Source: the human T2T-CHM13v2.0 reference genome, Homo sapiens. From it: a DNA stretch of 64,000 bases. The stretch is taken from NCBI RefSeq assembly GCF_009914755.1, contig NC_060944.1; one strand, given 5' to 3'. Positions 13,724 to 27,400 of this stretch are shown piece by piece (position 1 is the first letter of the stretch; the number at the start of each line of letters is the position of its first letter). A program made the translations under genes and the position numbers. The notes under the pieces are model-generated. The model made no database searches, was not told where the DNA came from, and saw only the letters and a program-made list of their open reading frames with translations.

Positions 13724-14167
13724 TACGATGGTTTGGATGTGGTTTGTCCCCACAAAAACTCATGTTGAAATTTGACTCCCACTGTGTCAGTGTGGGGCGG
13801 TGGGGCCTAGTGGACGGTGTTTGGGTCGTGGGGACGGATCCCTCATGAATAGATTAATGTCCTCCATGGGGGTGAGTGAGTTCTGTTCTCACAGGAATAG
13901 ATAATTCCTGCAGGAGCAGGTAATTAAAAAGAGTCTGGCTTCCTTGGCTTCCCTCTTGCTTTCACTTCTGCTATGTGATCTCTGGTGCACCCCTTGCTCC
14001 CCTTCCACTTTCCACCATGAGGTGAAAAAGACTGAGGCCCCGCCAGATGCAACTGCCCAATCTCAGACATTCCAGCCACCAGTATTGTGAACCAAATGAA
14101 ACTTTTTTACTTATAAATTACGCAGCCTCAGGTATTCTGTTACAGAAGCACAAAATGGACTAAGACA
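13724..14167 (+). mobile_element. MSTB-type MaLR LTR inserted in an old L1 3' end
   Basis: ATGGTTTGGATGT...AAACTCATGTTGAAATTTGA...AAATGGACTAAGACA; 5-bp TSD CAAAT. Confidence 0.88.
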
Positions 14168-14379
14168 CAAATCTAGGTAAAAACTTTGAAAATGAATAGA
14201 ATCTGTAGGCTGAAGGCACATGAACTATACTTCATTATTGGATTCCATTTTATAAAGTTCTTTCCAACAGAAGCAATTGTGAACAATTGTAAAACCACAG
14301 TGTCTGTATCTGGAGTAAAACAATGATTTACATAAGTCGCAGATGGTGGGAACCAGCTTTCTCACTGTTGAAGTGGGAG

Positions 14380-15470
14380 GTTACAAATTAGCAAGACGAG
14401 AAGGCTAGAATGATTCCTGTGATAGTAGATCAGAGGTGGAGACATCAACGTAAACTTATGCTTAGTTTAATATAGATACACACAGTTCTACATAGAAAAC
14501 TTTATAATTAGGTGTGTGTAGGTAGGTTAGACACGCACATATACTTCCTAGCATTGCTAATGAGGGACAAGATACAATGTGCATTCAGCAGCCACATGTA
14601 AGTTTTCCCACCATTCTGAAAGGAATCAGGCTCTTTGAAGAAATGTCTGATACTAGAACTGGGACAGTAAATATAGGAGCCAGGATAATCTGGAAGTATC
14701 AGAAAGTAAGTACTAAAAAAATTAAAATATATCAAACAAAAATAAAAGCCAATAAAAACAGCTACCGATGGCCAACACAGGAAGGAATTGTGCAACATAA
14801 TGCTATAGTGTCAAATAATAACTAAAGCTTAAAGTAATTATCTAGGTGTCTGTATTTGTATACCTAGGTGAATAAGCAAATGGAGTTGCATAGAAATCTC
14901 CTTTGCAAAAGAATTCCAAATAACTGATGTAGACACTCAGCCATCAAGAAGGTGGAGCCAACTCCTCACTCCGTAAGTGTGGGCTCTGCATAGTGACTTG
15001 CTCCAAAAGAACACATGCAGTACGGACAAGGAGGAAAAATAACTTCACAGTGGAGAAATCTGACAAACAGTAGCTCTGCCAAATGATCCAAGTGAATATC
15101 AAAGCTGACAGTTCACCTTGAGAACATGAAGTGACAATGGGGGGCATTCTACAAAATTCCTGACCAATCCTCCTCAGTGCTATGAAGGTCATCATGAGAT
15201 GGAAAGCCTGACACACTGTCACAGCCAGGAAGAGCCTATGTGATGACTACATGTCGTGCGGGATCCTGGATGGGATCCTGGGTCAGAGTAAGATAGAACT
15301 AAGGGAATTCAAATGAAATATGAACTTCAGTTAATAACAGTCTATCAGTATTGGTTCATTAACTGCGGCAAATTATGTAAGATATTAATAAGCCATGTGA
15401 GACACACTGATAGAAGATGTTAATAAGAGAGGAAACTAGGTTGCGGCTACATGGGAAATCTCTGCTTTTT
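14380..15470 (+). mobile_element. L1MC-type 3' end fragment
   Basis: Motifs GGGATCCTGGATGGGATCCTGG, TATCAGTATTGGTTCATTAACTG, AAGATGTTAATAAGAGAGGAAACT. Confidence 0.6.
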
Positions 15471-16399
15471 TTTTTTTGACGATTTCTGTGTAAGTAAAAA
15501 AAAGACGTAAAATAAAACTTTATTTAAAACACAGTTTTTTTAACACTTCCTTGTTTAATTATTTATACCATGAATTACTAGTAATTGACACTGTTAACTA
15601 GTCCTGTTTTTTAAAATAAGAGCAATTATGACACAAAAAATTAAACAGTGCAGACTGATATATAAATCAAAACAAATGTCCTTTACATGTTTTCTGTTAC
15701 AGTAGTAACAATATGTGTAAACTTAATTATCATATTTTTTTCTTGTGCTGTGGTTGTGTCCTGGGTTCATTCTCTAAAATGCTGTTCACCTTAGACCAGG
15801 AAAAATATTAACCATACAGACTCTGTTTCAAGTCATAGCTGAATATTTTCAAAAGAGTGACTTTGTAAAAACATGTTCCAATGGCAAATTGATTCATTGT
15901 GATGGGATCAATTATTCCAAAGACTTCTTGTCTTTATTTTGTTCCCATGCCTACCTTTTAGCCATAATACAACAGAATCAAATATTGGCCACTGGGAAAA
16001 AATATTCAAAGAAAGAAAGAATGTGAACAGAACTTATGACCATGATGATTCAATGTTTTACCACAATGCTTTCTAAAACAAAAGAGTCTAAAAGGATATT
16101 CAAAGTCAATTTCCTCAGCGAGGATTTGCAGAAAATGAGGAAACTAGAAAAACAAAAATGGCGGGACATTCTACGGGTGATTTTAAATGTTGCTATGTTT
16201 TATGGGAAAAAATACTTTACCTTTTAAAGAATCACAAAGAATTATTGGAAACCCAAACTCTGGAATGTTTGCAAATTTAGTTGAGCTTCTGTGTAATTAT
16301 GTCTATATAGGTAGCCATGAAGTTGATGATTTCTTAAAAATCTGTGCCTTATTTGTGTAATAAAAGACACAATGAATAATTAATACTCATAGGAACACT

Positions 16400-16841
16400 T
16401 ACGAAGGGAAAATAAATCTTGGGGACTCAAAATCACTAAGCTAAAGGGAAAAGTCAAGCTGGGAACTGCTTAGGGCAAACCCGCCTCCCATTCTATCCAA
16501 AACACCCGTCTGATCACCTAGATAAATGCATACCTGATTGCCTCACATGGAGAGGGTAATCAGCAATGCAAAAGAATGAAACCATTTGTCTCTTACCTAC
16601 CTGTGACCTGGAAGCCCCGTCTGGCCTTCTCACCTTTCTGGACTGAACCAATGTACATCTTACACGTATTGATTGATCTCTCGTGTCTCCCTAAAGTGTA
16701 TAAAACCAAGCTGTGCCCCGACCACCTTGGGCCCATGTTGTCAGGATCTCCTGAGGAGGCATCACAGGCGCACATCCTCAAGATTGGCAAAATAAACTTT
16801 CTAAAAAATCTGAGAGCTGTCTCAGATTTTCAGGGTTCACA
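16400..16841 (+). mobile_element. MER4-family solo LTR
   Basis: GGAAAATAAATCTTGGGGACTCAAAATCACTAAGCTAAAGGGAAAAGTCAAGCTGGGAACTG start; TATAAAA and AATAAA; ...GGGTTCACA end. Confidence 0.85.
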
Positions 16842-17535
16842 CATGTAATGTAGGATGTCAATGTTTATAAAAGGGATGTTATTCTATCTACTATTAGAAA
16901 TATGCTGTCAATTAACCTTAAACTTTCTCAACACAATAAAAAATGTTGATGAGGTACAAATAATATATCTAGGCTTAAATAGTGTTGCAAGTTTTAATAT
17001 GCCTACTTTTCAATTTTTCAATACTATCTTTACTAATTTAACACTGTAAGAAAAATGAGTAATTAAAACATGAATAAAAGTGTTTACAGGGGATGCACAT
17101 GTTTCCTCCAGCCTCTGCCTATACCCAACTTTCATCCCAACTGTCCTGATGGTGGCTCTAAGCATTTCTCCTTTCTCTATACCAAGATATCTCCCCAGAA
17201 ACAAACCCAAATCTTACTATATGTTATGGCACGCTATGATGATGAGCAGCGATGAGCAGCCGAAGCCTCAAGGAAGGGATGCTTTTGTAAAACAAGACTT
17301 GTGGAATATAACATGTGAAAGTAAAGCCCATGGCAGAACTCCCTCCTCAGCACACGGGGAGCAGACAGGAAGCTGTTGCCTCACCTTCCTCAATGGCCTA
17401 CAGCCACATCTCCCCAGGTCAGTCTTAAGGACAATGAAACTCTGGTCTTCACTGTGGACACACCACACTACCAGGCGCTCCAAAGCCATGGTGACCCACC
17501 CTCGGGTGGGTCCTGAGGAGAACAAAGCTCTGGTT

Positions 17536-17720
17536 CTAATTCTAACCCTAACCTTGTCCCAAGACTTTGACACTGAACCTAAATCCTGATCCCTATCCTG
17601 GTCCCTAATTCTGACCCTTACTTTGACCCTGACTTTGATCTCGACCCTGACCATGACCCCACCTCTAACCATACTTCTGGCCCTGACTCTGACCCAGATC
17701 CTAATCCTATCCCTAACCCT
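17536..17720 (-). repeat. Degenerate interstitial telomere-like hexamer tract
   Basis: ~30 hexamers of CCCTAA/CCCTGA/CTCTGA/TCCTAA type in 6-bp phase, same orientation as the terminal array. Confidence 0.8.
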
Positions 17721-19641
17721 ATTATTATCTTTACAATCTATGTCTAATCTTACCCTCTAGTGCTAAATAGCTGTACCCAAAAGCACTTTAAAATTATTTA
17801 ACTTCTTTTCCTTGAATTCTCTAAGGACATCCTAAAGGAGATGTCAATATGTATTTTGCATTCCCTCTGAGTGGTATGGCTTCAGATAAGAAGTTCTAAT
17901 ACTTTGCAAGACATAAAAAGTTTGGAGGGTGACAGCACTGGGTTGTTAGGGATGCATGTTGGCATTCGTGGTAGTCATAGGTGCTGTTCTCCAGATATTT
18001 TCAGTTCATATTTTATGAATGCATTCTGACTGTTCCATCCCGCCTACTTACATTTTCACATGGCCACATGACTTTTTTTTTGCCAATGGAGGTGAGAAGA
18101 AATAACATGTGACTTTTTCAGGAGAAATCTCCAAGAAACAGAGTGCTATTCCGCATACTTTTTTCTCTTTTCTATAGCAATGGGGATCTTATTGATTGTC
18201 CCTCCTTCCGTCTGGATTCCTGTGTTAGGATGACACAGCACAGAGCTACCTCTCACCTGACCCATGATGAAATGTAAATAAATGAGGAAGAAGATTTTTG
18301 AGCCACTGAAATTTGGAGGTTGTTTGTCACCACAGTTTAACCTAGCCCCCATTTACTGATGCACGGCTGAAGAATGAGTCCGAACTGGATCTGGACAAGA
18401 CATGTGAAGAGCGCTCCAGGCTGAGTAAAATTCAAGTGTTGTCTCAAAGATAACACTGAGCACGATATGTTATTGGGGTGGGTGTGGGATAAATAAGGTA
18501 TATCAGGTGAGAATAACAAGAAACTCAACTTTAAAAGACGGTGCCGATTTGGAAGACACCAAATTGGAAGACAGCAGGAGCTGCCCCATAATACCAGTAA
18601 AGTGAGAAGCAGAGATAAACTAGTCCTAGACAGCTGACTCATGTTGGGGGCAGCCCACTCACAGTGGCCCTGACCCAACTCTGACTAGAGGCCACTTGAT
18701 CTCAACACCAGGGTGCTCAATGGCCCGTCCTGGTACTCTGCTCTACACTGGTTGTAGGAAGGAATCTGCAGGTTGAAATAAGGAGATCATTTCCCTGAGG
18801 TTCCGAAGCTCATATTTACTCACCATTTGTTGTTTACTGCTAATGTTGAGCACTGTCAGTAAAATACATAAAACCCTTTGCCAATCCAGGAAGTGAAAAT
18901 GACACTTTACTGTTTTAATTTGCATTTCTCTGCTTACAAGTGGATTACACACATTTTCATGTGCTGTTGGCTACTTATTCATTCAGAAAACATACTAAGT
19001 GCTGGCTCTTTTTCATGTCCTTTATCAAGTTTGGATCATGTCATTTGCTATTTTCTTTCTGATGTAAACTCTCAAAGTCTGAAGTGTATTGTCTTTTCCT
19101 GACACATATGTTGTAAATAATTTTCTGGCTTACATTTTGACTTTTAATTTCATTCACGATGTTTTTAATGAATAATTTTAATTTTTATGAATGCAAGTTA
19201 AAATAATTCTTTCATTGTGGTCTCTGACATGTCATGCCAATAAGGGTCTTCTCCTCCAAGAGCACAGAAATATTTGCCAATACTGTCCTTAAAATCGGTC
19301 ACAGTTTCATTTTTTATATATGCATTTTACTTCAATTGGGGCTTCATTTTACTGAATGCCCTATTTGAAGCAAGTTTCTCAGTTAATTCTTTTCTCAAAG
19401 GGCTAAGTATGGTAGATTGCAAACATAAGTGGCCACATAATGCTCTCACCTCCTTTGCCTCCTCTCCCAGGAGGAGATAGCGTCCATCTTTCCACTCCTT
19501 AATCTGGGCTTGGCCGTGTGACTTGCACTGGCCAATGGGATATTAACAAGTCTGATGTGCACAGAGGCTGTAGAATGTGCACGGGGGCTTGGTCTCTCTT
19601 GCTGCCCTGGAGACCAGCTGCCCCACGAAGGAACCAGAGCC

Positions 19642-19812
19642 AACCTGCTGCTTCCTGGAGGAAGACAGTCCCTCTGTCCCTCTGTCTCTGCCAACCAGTT
19701 AACCTGCTGCTTCCTGGAGGGAGACAGTCCCTCAGTCCCTCTGTCTCTGCCAACCAGTTAACCTGCTGCTTCCTGGAGGAAGACAGTCACTCTGTCTCTG
19801 CCAACCCAGTTG
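19642..19812. repeat. 59-bp tandem triplication inside an MLT1-like LTR (~19420-19930)
   Basis: AACCTGCTGCTTCCTGGAGG starts at 19642, 19701, 19760; third unit shortened. Confidence 0.9.
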
Positions 19813-20277
19813 ACCGCAGACATGCAGGTCTGCTCAGGTAAGACCAGCACAGTCCCTGCCCTGTGAGCCAAACCAAATGGTCCAGCCACAGAATCGTGAG
19901 CAAATAAGTGATGCTTAAGTCACTAAGATTTGGGCAAAAGCTGAGCATTTATCCCAATCCCAATACTGTTTGTCCTTCTGTTTATCTGTCTGTCCTTCCC
20001 TGCTCATTTAAAATGCCCCCACTGCATCTAGTACATTTTTATAGGATCAGGGATCTGCTCTTGGATTAATGTTGTGTTCCCACCTCGAGGCAGCTTTGTA
20101 AGCTTCTGAGCACTTCCCAATTCCGGGTGACTTCAGGCACTGGGAGGCCTGTGCATCAGCTGCTGCTGTCTGTAGCTGACTTCCTTCACCCCTCTGCTGT
20201 CCTCAGCTCCTTCACCCCTGGGCCTCAGGAAATCAATGTCATGCTGACATCACTCTAGATCTAAAAGTTGGGTTCTT

Positions 20278-20574
<297 letters not shown>

Positions 20575-21032
20575 CTTAGGTTCTTGGATGTTCGGGAAAG
20601 GGGGTTATTATCTAGGATCCTTGAAGCACCCCCAAGGGCATCTTCTCAAAGTTGGATGTGTGCATTTTCCTGAGAGGAAAGCTTTCCCACATTATACAGC
20701 TTCTGAAAGGGTTGCTTGACCCACAGATGTGAAGCTGAGGCTGAAGGAGACTGATGTGGTTTCTCCTCAGTTTCTCTGTGCAGCACCAGGTGGCAGCAGA
20801 GGTCAGCAAGGCAAACCCGAGCCCGGGGATGCGGAGTGGGGGCAGCTACGTCCTCTCTTGAGCTACAGCAGATTCACTCTGTTCTGTTTCATTGTTGTTT
20901 AGTTTGCGTTGTGTTTCTCCAACTTTGTGCCTCATCAGGAAAAGCTTTGGATCACAATTCCCAGTGCTGAAGAAAAGGCCAAACTCTGGAAAAAATTTTG
21001 AATATTTTGAGCCAAATGTGAGGACTACAACC

Positions 21033-21750
21033 TGTGAGAACGGAAAATAAATCCTGGGACCCCAGACTCACTAAGCCAAAGGGAAAAGCCAAGCTGGGAA
21101 CTGGCTTATGCAAACCTGCTTCCCATCTGGTTCCTAAATAAGATAGCTATTACACAAAGATAAAAAAGCTACATCCCTGCCTCTACCTCCATCGCATGTA
21201 AAATGTGTATTCAGTGAACGCTGACCAAAGACAGAAGAATGCAACCATTTGCCTCTGATTTACCCACACCCATTTTTTCCACTTCTTCCCCTTTCCCCAA
21301 TACCCACACTTTTCCCCTTTACTTACTGAGGTCCCCAGAAAATCTTTGGGAAAAGCACGGACCACAGTTTTTCCTGTGGTTCTCTGTTCTTTTCTCAGGT
21401 GTGTCCTTAACCTTGCAAATAGATTTCTTGAAATGATTGAGACTCACCTTGGTTGTGTTCTTTGATTAGTGCCTGTGACGCAGCTTCAGGAGGTCCTGAG
21501 AACGTGTGCACAGTTTAGTCGGCAGAAACTTAGGGAAATGTAAGACCACCATCAGCACATAGGAGTTCTGCATTGGTTTGGTCTGCATTGGTTTGGTCTG
21601 GAAGGAGGAAAATTCAAAGTAATGGGGCTTACAGGTCATAGATAGATTCAAAGATTTTCTGATTGTCAATTGGTTGAAAGAATTATTATCTACAGACCTG
21701 CTATCAATAGAAAGGAGAGTCTGGGTTAAGATAAGAGACTGTGGAGACCG
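21033..21750. mobile_element. Two abutting MER4-family LTR pieces (plus ~21033-21455, minus ~21460-21750)
   Basis: First piece shares the start motif with 16400; second is reverse-complementary to the 3' part of the 16400 LTR (CAGGAGGTCCTGAGAAC). Confidence 0.7.
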
Positions 21751-21904
21751 TGCATAGTTGCTTCCTGATCAGCTCTTTATTTGATTGAGAGTGAGGCAGG
21801 GAAGATTAGAGGGAAGCTTACAGTGGAATTCAGGGCTAAGGCTGCTATTCTTTTGCTCCTTGTAACTTCCTACAGTGTTGTCAGCATCCACATACTTCTC
21901 TGTG

Positions 21905-22147
21905 GGGTTGGTCTCAGAGCCAGGTTACCTTGTCTTAGGTCCAGTGGCACCCTGACTGGCTTGGTGTCCTTGAACAAGTTACCTAACCTCTCCATACCTC
22001 AGTCCCTCAGCTGTAAAATTAAAAAAAAAAAAAAAGAAGAAGAAGAGTACCTACTGTATAGCATTGATTTGAAGATTGAATGAGCTGGTATTATACAACG
22101 TTTAGAAGCAGTGCCTGACACGCAAAAGGCTCTCAACAAATACTATC
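21905..22147 (+). mobile_element. MIR
   Basis: Core CCTTGAACAAGTTACCTAACCTCTC...CCTCAGT...CTGTAAAAT; tail AGCAGTGCCTGACAC...CTCAACAAAT. Confidence 0.8.
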
Positions 22148-23086
22148 CTTTACTAATATCCTGTGTGTCTGTATCAGAGCTGGTGGGGTGGAGGGACAGA
22201 AACAAGTGGGAGAAGGTAAAGAGATGGGCAAATGATCTCTAAACTCTCTCTGGCACTAACACAATTCTTTATTATGTGTTTTGTCTGGCTCTTTATATTG
22301 ATAGCTGTTCCAGAGGCAATCAATAGCTATTAGTCGGTTTTATTCTTATTTTTCTGTCTGATCTTACAAGGGAGCAAACTGTGGCAAAGTATGAACTTAC
22401 TTCTCAGGAAATTAACCATTATATTGGCAATCACTGTGATTATTTGAACTTCAGCGTCTGGACAAATTTAGTCACATGAAATACAGAAGAGAGATTTCTC
22501 ATGGTTAAAACGAAGCTCTCTTTATTTGCTTCTGCTAATTAAAAAATCAGAGCTAAAGATATTTAAACACTACAGTTAAAATGCCATGGTTGTCTATTGG
22601 CTTAACGAATTCTCTTATGAAATCAACTCTAAAATGTTATCCATCATAAATCATGAAACGCAATTTTTCTTATTCTCTTTAGAGCTTTACAATTCATCTT
22701 AAAGACCAGTGTTTACACTCTCTTCTGTAGGTTGTACAATAACTTTTGGCGAGAAAAAATAAAAGTCTGGCTTTCTGACTCATAGGTGTGTTCCCTTTAA
22801 CAGAAAAAGAAAATATGTCCTCTTTAAAACTGATGATCATTGGTCACCTCAATTTTATTGAAGTTCACTTCTGACCTCTTTAGATGTAGTTCTCTACATA
22901 AAACTGCCCAACAGAATTCTCTGTCTGAATGTCTCCTCCACAAACAAAATTTTAAGAACTAAAATTATCATCTTTCCTTCCAAATATGCTCTCCCTATGT
23001 CCCCAGGGCTCTCCATGTGTAGAGCTGAGACCATTTGCCACTCAGTTTCCTCACCCAATTAATTACAAGTCCCAACAATTTTCCGG

Positions 23087-23389
<303 letters not shown>

Positions 23390-24166
23390 CAGTTTTGCCT
23401 TTTTAACATCCCTCAGCTCTTCAAATCCATTTTCTCTTCTCTAACACCTCCCCATTCCCCAGCTCGTAATGAACTCGTAAGTAAATTACTACAATCACCT
23501 CCCAAATGGTCTTCCTGGCTCCATCAGCCTTGTGACCTTCAAGTTCATTTTCCACATGGATGTCAGAGTAACTTTCTAAAATGAAAATCTGACCACGTTA
23601 CTCTCTTGCCTAAATCCGCCTATGGCCGCTCTTAGGATCAAGTCTAAACTCCCGACCCTGGAACATCAGGTCTTCGTGCTCTGTTCACTGCTTCTCTACC
23701 TCACCTGCAACCAACACCACTCCCACATCCATATGCTGCTCACCGTGTATCAACATGAACAGGAGGTGGGTGTTTCAGTCCCCAGGAAGACACTGGGCCT
23801 TTTCAATCATCTACTGCTTTGTAATAACCACCCCGCAAACTGACCACATGATTTCATTTTGCAAGGGTTCCTTCCTTGGGCTGTGTTCAGCAAAAGGGTT
23901 TACTGAGCTGGCAGGTCCAAGATGGCCTCACTCACAGGACTGGCTGTTGATGGGAGCCTTGATGCTCTTGGGCTCACCCCTTATCCTCCAGTAGGTTAGA
24001 GCTTCTTACAGTGGTTTCAGGCAGCATCTGAAGACAGTAAAAGCAGAAGCTCCAAGGCTTCTTACATTCTAGCCTGGAAAATTACATCACATTGCTTCCT
24101 TCATATTTTTTTGGCAAATCAGGTTGCAAGGCTTGCCCAGATTAGGGTAAAGAGGCAAAGAGGCTC

Positions 24167-24444
24167 CTTTTCTTTTCTTTTCTTTTCTTTTTTCTTTTTT
24201 TTTTTTTTTTGAGTCAGAATCTCGCTCTGTTGCCCAGGCTGGAGTGCAGTGGTGCGATCTAGGCTCACTGCAAGCTCTGCCTCCTGGGTTCACGCCATTC
24301 TCCTGCCTCAGGCTCCCAAGTAGCTGAGACTACAGGCACCTACCACCACACCCGGCTAATTTTTTTTTTTTTTTTGTATTTTTTAGTAGAGACTGTGTTT
24401 CACTGTGTTAGCCAGGATGGTCTCCATCTCCTGACCTCGTGATC
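24167..24444 (-). mobile_element. Alu (Y/Sc-like), 5'-truncated
   Basis: T-rich tail; stops at CCTCGTGATCC. Confidence 0.92.
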
Positions 24445-27400
24445 CTTGCAAAGGGACATGCAGACCACATTAGTGAGAATATGTGCCTGTATTTTGCAAT
24501 CTGTAACATGGGCATAAACTAAATGTTTTCCAAAGGGAATAGGGCAAAACAAAAAGGACCTTGACCACTCCTTGGCCCTGAATAAATCCAGGAAGCCTAA
24601 GAGTATGACTATCCTGAGGTAGAAAGAGGGTCACATGCTGGATAAGAGGTACCTGGGCTCTCCACTTACAAGAAGAGAGCATGGTTACATTTATAATCAC
24701 CATTCCCAACATGCTGTGAGTGCAGGCAGCTACCAGGAGGAGAACAAAGGAAATAACCAGGACACTCATCTCTAAACCTGTTAATTTAATCACACGGAAC
24801 ACTTCTATTTAAAATTCCCGAGAGTTAAGATGTAAGAATGCTTATCAAGGTAAATGCTGTTCACACTGCTTGGAGTGTCAGGCCTAGATCTCTATCCATC
24901 AGAAACAACAATATCAATAACAACAACAGCAACATGATGATGGGGCAATTTCTTAAAAGCACCATGTATTTTATCGATACATGTCCGTTGCAGAAAATCC
25001 AGGTGAATCCAAAGAAGAAATAAATGTCTTCCACAATCCCATAGCCCAGAGCTAACTAACCACTATAAAGAACCCAGCGTGGTTTTAACTCATGGATCAA
25101 AAGATGCTCATCAAAGGCTCTGAGCTTTCCTGAGTGCTAACAGGAAACATCCAGCATCACTGGTCTCTCCAAGGCTGCAGGTGTCTTTGCCCATAGTGCC
25201 TGTTTTGTGTCAGGGAAAGAATCAACCTGGGAGCCAAGCCCAGGAATCAGGATGACCAAGACATACTGCACAAGGAGGGAACAAACCCATCCAAGGACAC
25301 TCAAGGACAAATCAAGCAAATGAATTTAAGGGAGACGTGCTCATGGTCTGCTTTGCTGCTCAGCATGGCTGGGAGGCACAGTGGAAGATCATGCATCCTG
25401 CCCCTGGGACTCCTCTGCCAGAGCCTGAGAGCTTTCTCCTGCCCACAGGCTAGGGGTAGGGCAGTTGGAATTGATCCATGCCTTCTAGCTAGACTGTGGG
25501 TCCCCTCAGTCTTGGGCATGGTGACAGCCCAGCATCAGACAGAGGTCAGTATCAAACTAGAAAATGTAATAAATACTGTCAGATTTGTAGACCCAAGAAA
25601 ATATAAACTGCCAATCATGGAGGAAAAAAATCTCTCAATGATCTTATCTTTATATGATTCCCTTGCTGCCTGGAGATTGACATTTCCTTGGGGATAATCT
25701 GGTCATAGGATTGGTGAAGGTGGAAGGGAGGCAACCTCCAAAGGTGGGGCCCTCTGCTCACCTGGGACAGGGAGGGCCTGAGGTAGGTGTCTGTGTGGGC
25801 TGGGGAGGAGGATGGGAGCAGTGCTTCTAGATGTTTCCACTTTCTCCTCATTAGATAATAACGAATGGGTGATTTCCCTAGTCACTGCAGTGTGAGGAAA
25901 TCTACAAAATTAATTTCACAATACACTTTACAGGATAGGTGGAGAAACACATGAAGCACAACTGCAGTGGGTTATAAAAAACGGCCTTTTGAGTTGAGCA
26001 ATAAATTCGTTCAAGCAGCCATTCTGAAGGACAAACTGGCTCTGTATTTAAGAGGGGCATTCCAGCACTTCTCTAGCCACTGGGTTGACAATGACTCACC
26101 AAAGCCTCTGGTAGCCACCACAGGACACCCAGAGCATATGTTTTAAAGCTGAACACCAAACTGCGGACTTCGGGAGTAAGTGAACTGACTGGTTTTTATT
26201 TTGTTTTACTGCTTTTAACATTACAGTAACTGTTACAGGTTCCAGCAGGCTAACTGGGTGGAAATGAGTTTGGTTTCACTTAGTCTCTCTAAAGAGAAAG
26301 CAAGTCGGTAGACTAATACCTAATAAAAGCAAAGCTGCCAACAATTGAAATTGCCTAGGCTGCTCTGTGTGTCCCACATGCATGGGTGTGGGTGCCAGTG
26401 TGTGTGCGTGTGTGCATGCATGTGCATGTGTGTTGGGATAGAGTGGTAAGAAAATGGGAAATAATAAGAATGTTCAGTCCATAGCCCTTCATTATAAAAA
26501 GGTGAGCTGTAATAAATACTAGTGCCACATTTAGCCAAAACTTTACTCCAGCCAAAGGTGATATTTTCATGATAACATCCTGTGATTGCTTTGTTCTTCG
26601 TCTTGTATGTTCTTCCTAGATGGGCTCAGAACATACAAGAATTAAGTACACATCTTATTTTCCAGTGATAATGCTACCGGCAAATTCTGTTGTTTGTATA
26701 AACATCAGCCAAGTTTATATAACTAAACTAGTGTTTTGTTTTGTCAATTCAGCAAGAAATTAGACCAAATGGTGGCTTAATGCTGCATTGATTTGACTAT
26801 CAATTTGTTTTCACTTTTCTGCAAAATAATTAATACATTATTAAATTGAGTTATGCTGATGCCACAGTTGTTCTTATCTCAAGTGTCTTAAAATTCATTT
26901 AATTTGTTTTTCCTTTGGTTTCATTATTCAGATTTTAACTTCAGTTCTCAAGATTTTATCTGATGGAAGAGATGGAGTCCATTACTAAGGACTCCATTGT
27001 GCTCCATCATGCCAGAGTTGTAAAATAGATCTTTTAAAGGAAATTTACTGTGATTTTTTTTCTATTTAAGAGCTTCCTCTCCAGTTGAGCATGTAAGAAA
27101 ATTATACCAGGAGAATACAGTAAACTCTATGAGGCAAGCTATAAACATGTAGCATTGTGATTAGGGCTGGTTCTCCTTCTAGAGATATGGTAGGATTGCA
27201 ATTTCATACCATCCTTGAAGTTAGAGAGAGCCATGTGACTCATTTAGCCAATGAACTGTGAGCAGAATGACATGTCACTTCCAGCTGAAGCTTTAACAAT
27301 CTGAGAGACATTCATACATTTTCCATGTGCTGTAGCCTTATACCCAAAGCCTGGGTCCCAAGTGACCATGACAGGCAGAGCTCCCTGTTGAGCCACAGAG

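Noticed and set aside
17080-17672. 169-aa and 134-aa ORFs
   Set aside because: No recognisable domain; extended by the degenerate telomeric tract (LTLTL / VRVR).
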